From: Bacteroidota bacterium
Lineage (GTDB): Bacteria; Bacteroidota; Bacteroidia; UKL13-3
Direction of reading: 5' to 3'
DNA length: 64,000 nt
NCBI GenBank assembly: GCA_030680835.1
Contig: JAUXUD010000033.1
Coordinates: forward strand, 19,572-83,571
The position numbers were made by a program, and so were the translations under genes. Each line of letters starts with the position of its first letter. Within the stretch, counting starts at the first letter, position 1. This document shows positions 30,436 through 40,574 of this stretch, piece by piece. Under the pieces are notes generated by a model that was not told the origin of the DNA, ran no database searches, and saw only the letters and a program-made list of their open reading frames with translations.

Positions 30436-31446
30436 ATGAATGTTGTAAATAAAAACCAGCTATATTTTTTAGTCCATTTGTTAATTACTTTTGTTTTTGC
30501 CGCCTGTAAAGAAGAAGCTGTTCCCTTAAAAATAGACCGGTTTGAACAGAATTTATTTTCAGTACATGAGCCCGGCGGTGTAGAACAATTAAAAAATCTT
30601 TCAAAACAATATGGCGTTTTTTATCAAAGTTTTGCTGAAGATATGTTAAACATAAGCAATGAAGAGGCTCCTGAATATTATGCACCTTCTCTTTTGAAAT
30701 TTATTAATTATCCAACGATAAAACAATTAAAAAAGGAGGTAGACAGTGTTTTTCCGGATTTACATTCAATAGAATCGGAGTTGGGTGAAGCCATGATTCT
30801 GTACAGGAAATTTTTCCACGATAAACAGGTGCCTAAATTTATCAGCTTTATTTCAGAGTTTGGCTATGCAAATGTTACCTACGACAGTATTGTTGGGATC
30901 GGATTGGACATGTATCTTGGAAACAATTATGTGTTATACCATGCGCTGGAGTTTCCTGAATTTATGATTCATAAATTGCGGAAAGAATATATTGTTCCCA
31001 ATGCAATTAAATCAATGGCGATTGGGAAATATGAACATCAGTTAAAGGACAAAAGATTTATAGCCATGATGTTGTTTGAAGGTAAAGTTAGATATTTTAT
31101 GAAGCAATTAATGCCTGAACTTAATGATACGATATTGTTCGGATACACTGCAAAACAAATGGAATGGTGCAAAGAAAGTGAACAAATGATATGGACCCAT
31201 TTGGTGGAACAAAAATTAATATATAGCAGTGATGTAAATCAATATATGCGCTACTTTAATGATGGCCCTTTTACCTCGGCAACAGGTGTTCCGCAAGATT
31301 CGGCACCGGCCATCGGTGTGTATGCGGGGTATCAGATTATATCAAAATACATGCGTGAAAACAGCAAAGTATCCCTCGAACAGTTAATGGAAAACCCGGA
31401 CTGGGAACAGATTCTTAAAAAAAGCAAATACAGGCCTGAATTTTAA
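30436..31446 (+). CDS. gldB: Gliding motility lipoprotein GldB-like
   Basis: Lipobox FAAC, IDRFEQ, GIGLDMYLG, YFNDGPFT, SKYRP; nadE neighbourhood. Confidence 0.8.
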   Translation: MNVVNKNQLYFLVHLLITFVFAACKEEAVPLKIDRFEQNLFSVHEPGGVEQLKNLSKQYGVFYQSFAEDMLNISNEEAPEYYAPSLLKFINYPTIKQLKKEVDSVFPDLHSIESELGEAMILYRKFFHDKQVPKFISFISEFGYANVTYDSIVGIGLDMYLGNNYVLYHALEFPEFMIHKLRKEYIVPNAIKSMAIGKYEHQLKDKRFIAMMLFEGKVRYFMKQLMPELNDTILFGYTAKQMEWCKESEQMIWTHLVEQKLIYSSDVNQYMRYFNDGPFTSATGVPQDSAPAIGVYAGYQIISKYMRENSKVSLEQLMENPDWEQILKKSKYRPEF

Positions 31447-31534
31447 TAAATAGCGCTTGATTATACCTGATTAAAAAAAAATTAATTTGCATTTTTCATA
31501 AGCATTATAGTACCTTTAAAATTGTAAATGTAAA

Positions 31535-34500
31535 ATGCTCATGAGAAAAAAATTATTAACTATGCTGCTGGCGTGGATGGTTTCTACGTTGGCAGGCTGG
31601 TCTCAAACCAGACAAATTACCGGAGTTGTCTCCGACGGAAAATCCCCAGTAATAGGAGCCTCGGTTCATGCGAAAGGAACCAAGACGGGTACAGCAACAG
31701 ATGTAAATGGAAGATATGTTTTATCTGTACCCAACGAAACAACTGTTATTGTTATTAAGGCACTTGGATTCAAAACACAGGAAGTAAGTATTGCAGGTTT
31801 GTCGGAAATTGATGTGAAGCTGGCTCAGGAAAGTGTAGATCTTGGAGAGATGGTGGTAACAGCTTTTGGCATTGAACGCGAGCGGAAAACTTTAGGGTAT
31901 TCGCAGCAAAAAGTAGGTGGAGACGAGATCAGAAAATCCGGGGAGCAGAATGTAATACAAGGCTTGTCGGGTAAGGCAGCCGGCGTATACATAAATGGAT
32001 CAGGGGGAACACCCGGAGCATCTGCAAAAATTTTATTGAGAGGAAATGCAACTTTTACAGGAAATAACCAGCCATTGGTAGTTGTTGATGGAGTTCCCAT
32101 TGATAACAGCACAGCACAATCTACTGCGGGTGATTATCCATTTAACCAAAATTTATCAGGGGTAAACAATTCGAACCGGGCGGTAGATATAAACCCCGAT
32201 GATATAGAAAGTATCAATATTTTAAAAGGTCCGGCTGCTGCCGCATTATATGGGGTTCGAGCAGGAGCAGGTGCCATTATAATCACTACCAAAAAAGGCA
32301 AAAAAGGTACACGTACTTTTGGTGTTGATTTAGGTTCATCGGTTGAAATAAGCCAGGTAAATAAATTGCCAAAATTACAAATGAAATACGGACAGGGCAG
32401 GGGAGCATTCGCTGCTGCTGCAACAGGTGGAGGTCGTTTGGTATTCGATACTGCAAGCGGAACCTATTCATCGGTTGCTGCTGGAAAATCAGAGCCGGGT
32501 CTTACTCCTCAAAGCTGGGGTTCAGAAACTGCATCACCTACAGATAATCCAAAAGAATTTTTTAAAACTGCATATAGTTTTAATAATAATGTAGCCATCA
32601 CAAATAACAGTGAAAACAGCTCGGTACGTTTTTCACTGGGAAGGTTGGATCAAAACGGAATAGTACCCAATACCCGTTTTGAAAGAACTTCTGCACGTAT
32701 AACAGTAGATACACGTGTTAGCAAAAAAGTAATAATCGGAGGCACTATAAATTATATCAATTCAGGTGGTATCCGTTCGCAAAATGGCAGTAATTTATCG
32801 GGTGTAATGCTTGCATTATTACGCGCACCCAATTCATATAAACTGAATGATCCGGAAAATGGAGGATATAAAAACAAGGATGGTACCCAAAGAACTTATC
32901 TGGCACCTTATGACAATCCTTATTGGAGTGTATATGAAAATCCATTTAAAGATAATGTGAACCGCATGCTGGGTAATATGAATGTTACCATAGATCCGTT
33001 TGATTGGTTTTCGGCAACTTACAGGTTGGGAACTGATATGTATACCGACCAGAGAAAATATGTATTTGCTGTGGGTTCAAACCAACCTGATAATGCACCC
33101 GGAGGTGAAATTAATGAAAATACATTGCGTTACCATGAGGTTTATTCTGATTTACTGCTCACCTTTAAAAGAGATATCAACAAAGATATAAAAGGTACAC
33201 TGCTGGTTGGAAATAATTTAAATCAACGCTTTAATAAAGATGTATATTCGAGAGGAAGGGATTTGGGCGTACCTGGAAATTATAACTTAGCCAATGCAGC
33301 AAGTTTATATGCAAGTGAGTACAATCAAACTATTCGCACTGCCGCTTTATTTTTAGACCTGAATTTGTCCTATAAAAATTATTTATTTTTAGGGGTATCG
33401 GGCCGGAATGAGTGGGCATCCACATTTGGTGCTGCTAAAAACAATTTCTTTTATCCTGCTACCAATTTGTCGTTTGTATTTTCAGAGCTGGTTTCCATAC
33501 CAAAGTTATCGTTTGGTAAAATACGCGTTGCATATGCATACGCAGGAATTAATCCGGATCCTTATGGTACAAGAACCTATTTTAGCAGATCAACCTACAC
33601 CGATGGATTTACAGGCGGACTTTCATTTCCTTATGCCGGTATCAATGGTTATGGTTACGCTTCAACCATGGGAAATAATAACCTGAAACCTGAGCGGAAT
33701 ACAGGTAAGGAAATTGGCTTGGATCTTCGGTTTTTTGAAGGCAGACTGGGAATTGAATATACCTATTTCAACCAAACTTCAACCGATTTGCTGGTATCAC
33801 GTCCAATAGCCCCTTCAACCGGATTCAATGCGAGTTATGAAAATTTAGGATCTATGGTTAATAAAGGGCATGAACTGTTACTCAGCGGCACACCTCTTAA
33901 AATGAAAGATTTTACATGGGATATCACTTTAAATTGGTCGCGTACGGTAAATGAAGTTTTAGAACTGGCACCCAATGTTAAGGAAATTGATTTGGAAGCC
34001 GGATTCTCCTCTATTGGAAACTTTGCAATTAAAGGCCAGCCTTATGGTGCACTATACGGTTTTAAATGGGCAAGAACCGGTGATGGTAAATTGATTATTG
34101 GTGCAAATGGACTCCCAACAGTAGAAACTACCCGATCTAAAGTTGGAAATCCATATCCAGATTGGTTTGGTGGTATCAGAAATACATTCACCTACAAATC
34201 GGTATCACTTACTTTTTTATTTGATATTCGTAAAGGAGGTGATATATGGAATGGTACCTGGGCGCGTTTGAACCAATTGGGCCGAACTGATGAATCTGCC
34301 GACGGCAGGGATAAGGCATATTTAATTGAAGGAGTTAAAGATATAAATACAGACCCGACAAAACCGGCAAATTATGTACCAAATACCAAATATGTTTCGT
34401 CGTCTGCTTATTTCCGTACCTTTAAAGGAGATGGAGGAAACTACGCTACTGAAAATGCAATTCAGGATGGTGGCTGGGTACGGTTAAGAGATTTAGGTAT

Positions 34501-34714
34501 TAATTATACATTTAGTCTGGGACCTAAAGTTACTAAGATTGTAAAAGGACTTTCTGTTGGATTTGTAGCCCGTAATCTTTGGCTTAAAACCGATTATAAA
34601 GGTGTTGATCCTGAAACCAGCTTAACAGGTGCCAGTTCAAACATCGGAGGATGGGATTACTTCAACAATCCGGGTACCAAATCATATACATTCTCTGTAA
34701 AAGCCAGTTTCTAA
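31535..34714 (+). CDS. SusC/RagA TonB-dependent outer-membrane transporter
   Basis: DINPDDIESINILKGPAAAALYGVRA, GAIIITTKKG, YKGVDPE, C-terminal F. Confidence 0.96.
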   Translation: MLMRKKLLTMLLAWMVSTLAGWSQTRQITGVVSDGKSPVIGASVHAKGTKTGTATDVNGRYVLSVPNETTVIVIKALGFKTQEVSIAGLSEIDVKLAQESVDLGEMVVTAFGIERERKTLGYSQQKVGGDEIRKSGEQNVIQGLSGKAAGVYINGSGGTPGASAKILLRGNATFTGNNQPLVVVDGVPIDNSTAQSTAGDYPFNQNLSGVNNSNRAVDINPDDIESINILKGPAAAALYGVRAGAGAIIITTKKGKKGTRTFGVDLGSSVEISQVNKLPKLQMKYGQGRGAFAAAATGGGRLVFDTASGTYSSVAAGKSEPGLTPQSWGSETASPTDNPKEFFKTAYSFNNNVAITNNSENSSVRFSLGRLDQNGIVPNTRFERTSARITVDTRVSKKVIIGGTINYINSGGIRSQNGSNLSGVMLALLRAPNSYKLNDPENGGYKNKDGTQRTYLAPYDNPYWSVYENPFKDNVNRMLGNMNVTIDPFDWFSATYRLGTDMYTDQRKYVFAVGSNQPDNAPGGEINENTLRYHEVYSDLLLTFKRDINKDIKGTLLVGNNLNQRFNKDVYSRGRDLGVPGNYNLANAASLYASEYNQTIRTAALFLDLNLSYKNYLFLGVSGRNEWASTFGAAKNNFFYPATNLSFVFSELVSIPKLSFGKIRVAYAYAGINPDPYGTRTYFSRSTYTDGFTGGLSFPYAGINGYGYASTMGNNNLKPERNTGKEIGLDLRFFEGRLGIEYTYFNQTSTDLLVSRPIAPSTGFNASYENLGSMVNKGHELLLSGTPLKMKDFTWDITLNWSRTVNEVLELAPNVKEIDLEAGFSSIGNFAIKGQPYGALYGFKWARTGDGKLIIGANGLPTVETTRSKVGNPYPDWFGGIRNTFTYKSVSLTFLFDIRKGGDIWNGTWARLNQLGRTDESADGRDKAYLIEGVKDINTDPTKPANYVPNTKYVSSSAYFRTFKGDGGNYATENAIQDGGWVRLRDLGINYTFSLGPKVTKIVKGLSVGFVARNLWLKTDYKGVDPETSLTGASSNIGGWDYFNNPGTKSYTFSVKASF

Positions 34715-34742
34715 AATTATAAATGATTAAAAAAAACAGATT

Positions 34743-36143
34743 ATGAAAAAATTAATATTGATATTATTAGCAATTGGATTTATTGCAGGAACAGGCTGTA
34801 AAAAATTCATAGAGGGGTATGATAAAAATCCAAACGACCCGGATAATGTAACGCCGGCATTATTATTATCGAATGCCGAGGTGGCCTATTTTGCAACCAT
34901 GAATGGGCAGCTTTCGCGTCAGTCGGTTATTATGGCCCAACAGGTTACCGGTGTCGATTTTCAATCAAAGGACATCAACGATTATGCGATTGATGAAGCA
35001 ACCAATGTAAATGAATGGGATGTAATATATACGAATGGTTTGGTAAACCTGAAAAAATTATATGATCAGGCAGGCGCTGAAAATCCGTATTATCAGGGAA
35101 TGGCCAGGGTATTGCATGCCATGTTCTTGGGGGTAACAACCGATTTATGGGGTGATATACCAAACAGGGAAGCACTTAAAGGTTTGGATGGCCCGGCTAA
35201 TTTTAATCCGGCTTACGATGCACAACAAACTGTTATTGCCGATATCCAGTCGTATTTAACAGAAGCCATTGCATTACTTTCAAAAACACCTGCACAAAAT
35301 ACATTACTACCCGATGCAGATGATCTGATATATGCAGGTGATGCCGATGCATGGATTGCTGCAGCACATGTGTTAAAAGCACGTTACCACAATCGTTTGA
35401 GTAAAAAAGATGCCACTGCCTCGGCAACAGATGCCCTTGCATCTATAGCCCTGGCATACGCTGCCGGATTTACCAGTTCGGATGCCAATTGCAATGCAAT
35501 TTTTGGAGCCAATGCCAATGAGTACAATCAATGGTATGCTTTTACTCAGGTTGAAAGACAAAACTATATAAAAATGGGAAGTGTGCTGGTTGATACTTTA
35601 AAAGCAGATGCAGATCCACGGTTAAGTTTTTATTGTATGAAAGATGACAGTGGTAAATACACAGGAACTTCGGCCAGTGATGCAAGTGCATCCGCATCCG
35701 ATGTGGGCCCATATCTGGCTACTGCAAATGCTCCATTTCCATTGGTTTCATACGCAGAGGCCAAGTTTATTGAAGCAGAAGCCAAGTTTAGAAAAGCCGA
35801 TTTGGCAGGCGCAGCCACTGCACATAATGAAGGGGTTCTGGCAAGTGTATTGCAGGTAACCGGCGCAGCCGCCAGTGCAGCCTTTACAACCGCAAAAGCA
35901 AGTGAAACAGCTGCCACAATAACGTTGGCAAAAATTATGGGACAAAAGTATATTGCATTATTCGGCCAGATTGAAGTGTATTCGGATTGGAGAAGAACGG
36001 GTTTTCCAACTTTAACACCCAATTCGAATGGAAGTGTTACCGTAATACCCAGAAGATTACCAACCGTTTTGGATGAGCGTTTATACAATACCAAGGCACC
36101 TGCAGAAAATGATATCAAGAAACCTGTATGGTGGGATCAATAG
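34743..36143 (+). CDS. SusD/RagB lipoprotein
   Basis: Lipobox GTGC, TDLWGDIP, SYAEAKFIEAEA, EVYSDWRRTGFP, VWWD. Confidence 0.94.
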   Translation: MKKLILILLAIGFIAGTGCKKFIEGYDKNPNDPDNVTPALLLSNAEVAYFATMNGQLSRQSVIMAQQVTGVDFQSKDINDYAIDEATNVNEWDVIYTNGLVNLKKLYDQAGAENPYYQGMARVLHAMFLGVTTDLWGDIPNREALKGLDGPANFNPAYDAQQTVIADIQSYLTEAIALLSKTPAQNTLLPDADDLIYAGDADAWIAAAHVLKARYHNRLSKKDATASATDALASIALAYAAGFTSSDANCNAIFGANANEYNQWYAFTQVERQNYIKMGSVLVDTLKADADPRLSFYCMKDDSGKYTGTSASDASASASDVGPYLATANAPFPLVSYAEAKFIEAEAKFRKADLAGAATAHNEGVLASVLQVTGAAASAAFTTAKASETAATITLAKIMGQKYIALFGQIEVYSDWRRTGFPTLTPNSNGSVTVIPRRLPTVLDERLYNTKAPAENDIKKPVWWDQ

Positions 36144-36165
36144 GATTCTGAAAAATGAGTAAAAT

Positions 36166-36204
36166 AAAAAACGGGCAATACATAAAGTGTTGTCCGTTTT
36201 TTTT
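36166..36204 (+). terminator. Intrinsic terminator after susD
   Basis: AAAAAACGGGCAATAC...GTGTTGTCCGTTTTTTTT. Confidence 0.75.
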
Positions 36205-36215
36205 ATGTTTGAACC

Positions 36216-37022
36216 ATGCGCAGGCTTTCACAAATATTTATTTATCCCGTTAAAGGTTTAAAAGGAATTTCATTAGATGAAGCACTGATAGATAATACAG
36301 GACTGCAATACGATCGCAGGTGGATGCTGGTTGATGAAACCGGAACCTTTATGTCACAGAGAACGCATCCCATAATGGCTTCGTTTAAATTGGTTCAAAC
36401 CGAAATGGGATTTGATATTTGGGAACCCAAAGCCAAAGAATGCATAGCTATCCCAAAGCTTGTTACAGGATCAAAAGTAACAGTTAAAATCTGGAACGAT
36501 ACCTGCGAAGTGGTTTCGTATAGCAAATTTGCCGATGCATGGTTTTCAACTTTTCTTGAGATGAAATGTAAATTGGTTTATATGCCTGATGATTGCAATA
36601 GGGCGGTGGAAACTGAATTTAACCGGGGCAGTGATACCGTTAGTTTCGCCGATGCCTATCCTATTTTACTAATCGGCGATGAATCAATGGCGGATTTAAA
36701 TAATCGTTTGAACACACCCGTAAATATAGATCGGTTCAGACCAAACCTGGTGTTTACAGGTGGTACAGCTTTTGAAGAAGATACATATTCAGAATTTAGT
36801 ATAGGTTCGCATCATTTTTTAGCAGCCAGGCCTTGTGGACGTTGCAAAGTTCCGGGCGTGAACCAACAAACAGGTAAACCCGATAAGGCAGGAAAAGAAC
36901 TTCTAAAAACATTAGCAAAATACAGAACCCAGAACAATAAAGTTTACTTTGGACAAAACGTATTGAGCAACGGAGGAAGCGGAATTGTAAAGCTTGGTGA
37001 TGCGCTTGTAAATATTTACTGA
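36216..37022 (+). CDS. MOSC domain protein (YcbX/mARC-like)
   Basis: IYPVKG, DRRWML, SFADAYP, RFRPN, PCGRC, FGQN. Confidence 0.93.
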   Translation: MRRLSQIFIYPVKGLKGISLDEALIDNTGLQYDRRWMLVDETGTFMSQRTHPIMASFKLVQTEMGFDIWEPKAKECIAIPKLVTGSKVTVKIWNDTCEVVSYSKFADAWFSTFLEMKCKLVYMPDDCNRAVETEFNRGSDTVSFADAYPILLIGDESMADLNNRLNTPVNIDRFRPNLVFTGGTAFEEDTYSEFSIGSHHFLAARPCGRCKVPGVNQQTGKPDKAGKELLKTLAKYRTQNNKVYFGQNVLSNGGSGIVKLGDALVNIY

Positions 37023-37128
37023 AGAACAATTTTTCCTGTATAGGTTTTGGTCCCATCGTAAACTTTCACGAATCACCTGTAGTACCTCCACCCTGAATAA
37101 AAGCAAAAGAATGAAAAATATTTTAAAT

Positions 37129-37164
37129 AATAGTTCCCAATGAGGGAACTATTTAGTATCTTTG
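37129..37164 (+). promoter_or_regulatory. higBA operator palindrome and -7 box
   Basis: AATAGTTCCC-AATGA-GGGAACTATT (37129-37153), then TATCTTTG (37157-37164). Confidence 0.75.
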
Positions 37165-37179
37165 TATAAAATATATTTA

Positions 37180-37473
37180 GTGAGAGTAATTGCCAGGAAA
37201 ACCCTACGTGAATTTTGGATTGTGCATAATGATTGCGAACAAGCACTGAAATCATGGTATGATGAGACAACAATTGCCAGATGGAATGGCCCAAAAGATA
37301 TTAAGCAGGATTATCCAAGTGCCAGCTTTTTGGAAGGTAACAGGGTTGTGTTTAACATTAAAGGGAACAAATACCGGCTGATAGTGAAGATTAATTATAA
37401 GTTTGGCATGTTATGGATAAGGTTTATAGGAACCCATGCTGAATACGATCGTATAGATGCAACAAAAATATGA
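37180..37473 (+). CDS. higB: HigB family toxin (type II TA)
   Basis: GTG start; RVIARKTLREFW, RVVFNIKGNKYRLI, FIGTHAEYD. Confidence 0.93.
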   Translation: MRVIARKTLREFWIVHNDCEQALKSWYDETTIARWNGPKDIKQDYPSASFLEGNRVVFNIKGNKYRLIVKINYKFGMLWIRFIGTHAEYDRIDATKI

Positions 37474-37477
37474 AGAT

Positions 37478-37834
37478 ATGAAAATTAAACCTGTAAAAAC
37501 AGCAAAAGATTACAAGGCAGCATTGAATCGTTTAAATCAGATTTTTGATGCCAAACCGGGAACAGCAGTAGGGGATGAATTGGATATTCTTGCTCTGTTA
37601 ATTGAGAAGTATGAGGAAGAGAAATATCCGATTGAAGCACCAGACCCAATTGAAGCCATAAAATTCAGAATGGAACAGTTGGGATACAAGCAGAAAGATT
37701 TGGAAGATATTATTGGTTATAAGGGTCGGGTAAGTGAGATACTTAATAAAAAGAGAAAGCTCAGCCTTGAAATGATTCGCAAACTACATTTTGCACTGCA
37801 TATTCCAACGGATGTGTTGGTGCAGGAATATTAA
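37478..37834 (+). CDS. higA: HigA antitoxin (HTH)
   Basis: IKPVKTAKDY, PDPIEAIKFRMEQ, RVSEILNKKRKLSLEMIRKL. Confidence 0.93.
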   Translation: MKIKPVKTAKDYKAALNRLNQIFDAKPGTAVGDELDILALLIEKYEEEKYPIEAPDPIEAIKFRMEQLGYKQKDLEDIIGYKGRVSEILNKKRKLSLEMIRKLHFALHIPTDVLVQEY

Positions 37835-38385
37835 TTTTTCTTAAGAGTCAGCGGTTCCTGAAATACACCTTTGGTGTCGGCATATTTTAAAACAAATTTT
37901 TGGAGCTCTTCTGTCGAAGCAGTCAGCAGAATTGTTCCGTCGGAGGATTTTATATGCGCAATATTAATTTGGTTTGACTCAATACCTTTTTCTAACCATG
38001 AAGGGTCAAACATTTCAATGGTTAATTGGTCGTTGATGATTTTTATTTTGGAAAATGTATGAACCGGAAAAAAATGTATTTGATATAAATGGTCGACAGA
38101 TTTTAGCTCTTCGGGATAAAGGTCAAGGAAAAGAAATTCTCCTATCTTTACTACGTGTGCCCGAAAAGTTGCATGCTTATTATCTTCAGTGTGCGTCAGT
38201 TTGTACTCCTTGTCACTTTTCTGTTCAAATGTCCAGCTATCTATTGACTTTGTTTCCTTCCAGGTCCCAAGAAATTCTGATTTAAAAATCAAATCCATGC
38301 TTGTGTAAAGTGGGTTTAAGGACGGAATACATCCAGTGAGGATAGAAATAATGCCCAATGCCATTATTAGTTTTTTAGTTTTCAT
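37831..38385 (-). CDS. Hypothetical lipoprotein
   Basis: MKTKKLIMALGIISILTGC lipobox, CIPSLNPLY; alternative start at 38430. Confidence 0.75.
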   Translation of the reverse strand: MKTKKLIMALGIISILTGCIPSLNPLYTSMDLIFKSEFLGTWKETKSIDSWTFEQKSDKEYKLTHTEDNKHATFRAHVVKIGEFLFLDLYPEELKSVDHLYQIHFFPVHTFSKIKIINDQLTIEMFDPSWLEKGIESNQINIAHIKSSDGTILLTASTEELQKFVLKYADTKGVFQEPLTLKKN

Positions 38386-38438
38386 AATTCTTTTGTTTGG
38401 TTTATGTTGATTATCCTTGAAGTCTGTCATTAAATGGG

Positions 38439-38578
38439 GTTAAACTCAGCGTATGAAAAAACCAATCAAATTACGCTTGGTAAAACTTGTGATAATAACT
38501 GGTAAATGCAAATTTATTTTATAAATTTTGGCAGCGTACAGGCGAACATTCGGATGCTTCAACCCCGGACAGTTATAA
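38439..38578 (-). repeat. attC-like intergenic repeat (degenerate)
   Basis: Minus strand: TTATAAC shortly after the M28 stop, ending TTTTTTCATACGCTGA-GTTTAAC; 38475-38517 matches 39563-39605 at 40/43 nt. Confidence 0.5.
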
Positions 38579-38596
38579 TCCGGTTTTCACTTGTGG

Positions 38597-39517
38597 TTAT
38601 AGAGTTATTAAAGTTTTAAATACACCGTCTATTACTTTTGCCATCCTTTTTAAATCGAGCGTTTCCATTGTGTCTGATGATTGGTGATAATTTTTATTTC
38701 TATAAAATGAAGTATCAGTTATCATCAACGCACTAATTCCAAATTTCCAATAATTCAAATGGTCTGAAAAGTCAATACCCGGTAAAGCCGGAGGTCCGGT
38801 AAATTTTTTTGTCCGGATTGCTTTAGAAGATTTAAAGCGTCTGCAAAACTTATGCGCAAATTTTCCTGAACCGAATTTTTTTACAAGCGTGATATAGTTT
38901 CCTTTATTGCCATAAAAAAGTGAAAGCAATCCGACAGGATAGGACTGTGATTTTTTCTCGTCTGAGAAGTAGCCAATCATTTCAATTGAAACCATGCCAT
39001 AAACTTCCGCCTTAGCGTCTACAAGCGATTTAGCGTGAATGTAGCTGCCCATAAATTCGGTTCTGAAATAGGGCGGTTCTTCTAATGAATAAGCAACCAG
39101 GTCAATCCTATAATTTAGTTTTTTTCCTTTTAATAATCTGGATAGTTCAAGGAGCCCTGCCACACCGCTTGCATTATCATCAGCACCTTCCTGATCGCCG
39201 CAAACATCATAATGCGCGCCAACAACAATTCGTTTTTGATTCTCTGTGCCGAAGGAACAAATGACGTTTTTATAAGTCCTGCCATCCGCAAAATATTCCT
39301 GGAAAAATACACTATCGGAGTATTGACTAAAAACAGATTTGATGAAGTTGGCTGTTCTGTTAAGTTGGTCAATATTATTGTAGGTACGATGCTTTTCTGT
39401 CTTTGTTAATGCCGTTAAATGTGATTTAATAATTGTGGTGTCTGCCAGAGTTTTTGCATTGCAATAACTTGTTATAAAAATTATTAATAATGTCACTAAG
39501 TATTTGCAGTTTGGCAT
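38597..39517 (-). CDS. M28 family peptidase
   Basis: VVGAHYD, GADDNASGVAGLLEL, LEEPPYF, SDH, YH. Confidence 0.92.
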   Translation of the reverse strand: MPNCKYLVTLLIIFITSYCNAKTLADTTIIKSHLTALTKTEKHRTYNNIDQLNRTANFIKSVFSQYSDSVFFQEYFADGRTYKNVICSFGTENQKRIVVGAHYDVCGDQEGADDNASGVAGLLELSRLLKGKKLNYRIDLVAYSLEEPPYFRTEFMGSYIHAKSLVDAKAEVYGMVSIEMIGYFSDEKKSQSYPVGLLSLFYGNKGNYITLVKKFGSGKFAHKFCRRFKSSKAIRTKKFTGPPALPGIDFSDHLNYWKFGISALMITDTSFYRNKNYHQSSDTMETLDLKRMAKVIDGVFKTLITL

Positions 39518-39534
39518 AAAAAAGGGCTTATTGG

Positions 39535-39800
39535 TGCAGAATGTGAAAACCTGTCACAAACTGCTTGGTAAAACTTGCGATAATAATTGGTAAAAGCAAA
39601 TTTATCCTGATTAGTACAACCTATTTGTTGTTTAACGCCCGCAGTTTATACCCAAAGGGGGGGACAATTTGTACCCACCCTTTAACAAGTTCTTCATCAT
39701 GTTGACACATACGGCGTTCTCCCACTTTAATGCTGAACATACTGTTCAACACAGGATTCATCCTTCAGTCCTTTCGAAACCCCAACTATTGCCGGCTGGC
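39535..39800 (-). repeat. Two adjacent degenerate attC-like repeats
   Basis: About 39715-39800 aligns with 40699-40784, and this copy ends in GTTAAAC (39636-39630, GTTRRRY). 39535-39605 aligns with the 38.45-kb and 41.85-kb repeats. Confidence 0.5.
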
Positions 39801-39844
39801 CACATGCATAAATGTCGCTGATAGTTTTATATTTGTTGGTCAGC

Positions 39845-40432
39845 ATGAAATACAAAACACCGAATAGTCAAAGTGAGATATTACCTAATTTACTTGGTCT
39901 CAAGTCATCTGAAGATATTGCACTGTCTGAGTTTGAAGGTTTTTTAAAGGCGGAAATTATTTTGACCGAAAAGCTGTCAAGCAGAACAAGATTCGATGTT
40001 CAATACATTTTGAAAATCCACAAGCTCGCACTTGGTCATCTTTATTCCTTTGCCGGGAAGTATCGGGATGTTAATCTCTCAAAGGGAGGCTTTCCTTTTG
40101 CTGCTGCCCGCTTTCTACCTGAAACAATGGCTTCATTCAATCAAGAGATATTGTCCAAATTAGCAAATGAATATGAAAACAGTCAGGTCTTAATTGCAGA
40201 TATTGCTAAAGTACATGCTGAATTTTTATTTATCCATCCCTTTCGTGAAGGAAATGGTCGAACGGCCCGTATTTTGGCAAATCTGATGTCGCGTAAGCAG
40301 GGTTATGATCCACTATTATTTGATAAAGTTGGGAAAACAGAATTTGAATTCTACGTATTAGCAGTACAATTGTCCGCAGAAAAAAATTACAATAAAATGG
40401 AGGAATTTATAACCTCTATTTTCCCAAAGTAA
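39845..40432 (+). CDS. Fic family protein (putative AMPylase/toxin)
   Basis: Canonical motif HPFREGNGRTAR; AGKYRDVNLSKG; TATATTTG box at 39828-39835. Confidence 0.92.
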   Translation: MKYKTPNSQSEILPNLLGLKSSEDIALSEFEGFLKAEIILTEKLSSRTRFDVQYILKIHKLALGHLYSFAGKYRDVNLSKGGFPFAAARFLPETMASFNQEILSKLANEYENSQVLIADIAKVHAEFLFIHPFREGNGRTARILANLMSRKQGYDPLLFDKVGKTEFEFYVLAVQLSAEKNYNKMEEFITSIFPK

Positions 40433-40574
40433 GTTCGACTTTTTTAAGTGTCGCTAAAGCCGAATTCGATGAAATATTAATTCCTTCAATTTTGAAAGAA
40501 GCTATCATTGATCGAAGGATTTCTTCTCTTAAATTTCTGCCTGATTTAGCTGGCTTTTTTGCTTTGTTTTTCAC
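40416..40574 (-). CDS. Putative Fic antitoxin (52 aa, SxxxEG motif)
   Basis: Not in the ORF track; GTG start: MKNKAKKPAKSGRNLREEILRSMIASFKIEGINISSNSALATLKKVELTLGK. Confidence 0.72.
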   Translation of the reverse strand: MKNKAKKPAKSGRNLREEILRSMIASFKIEGINISSNSALATLKKVELTLGK

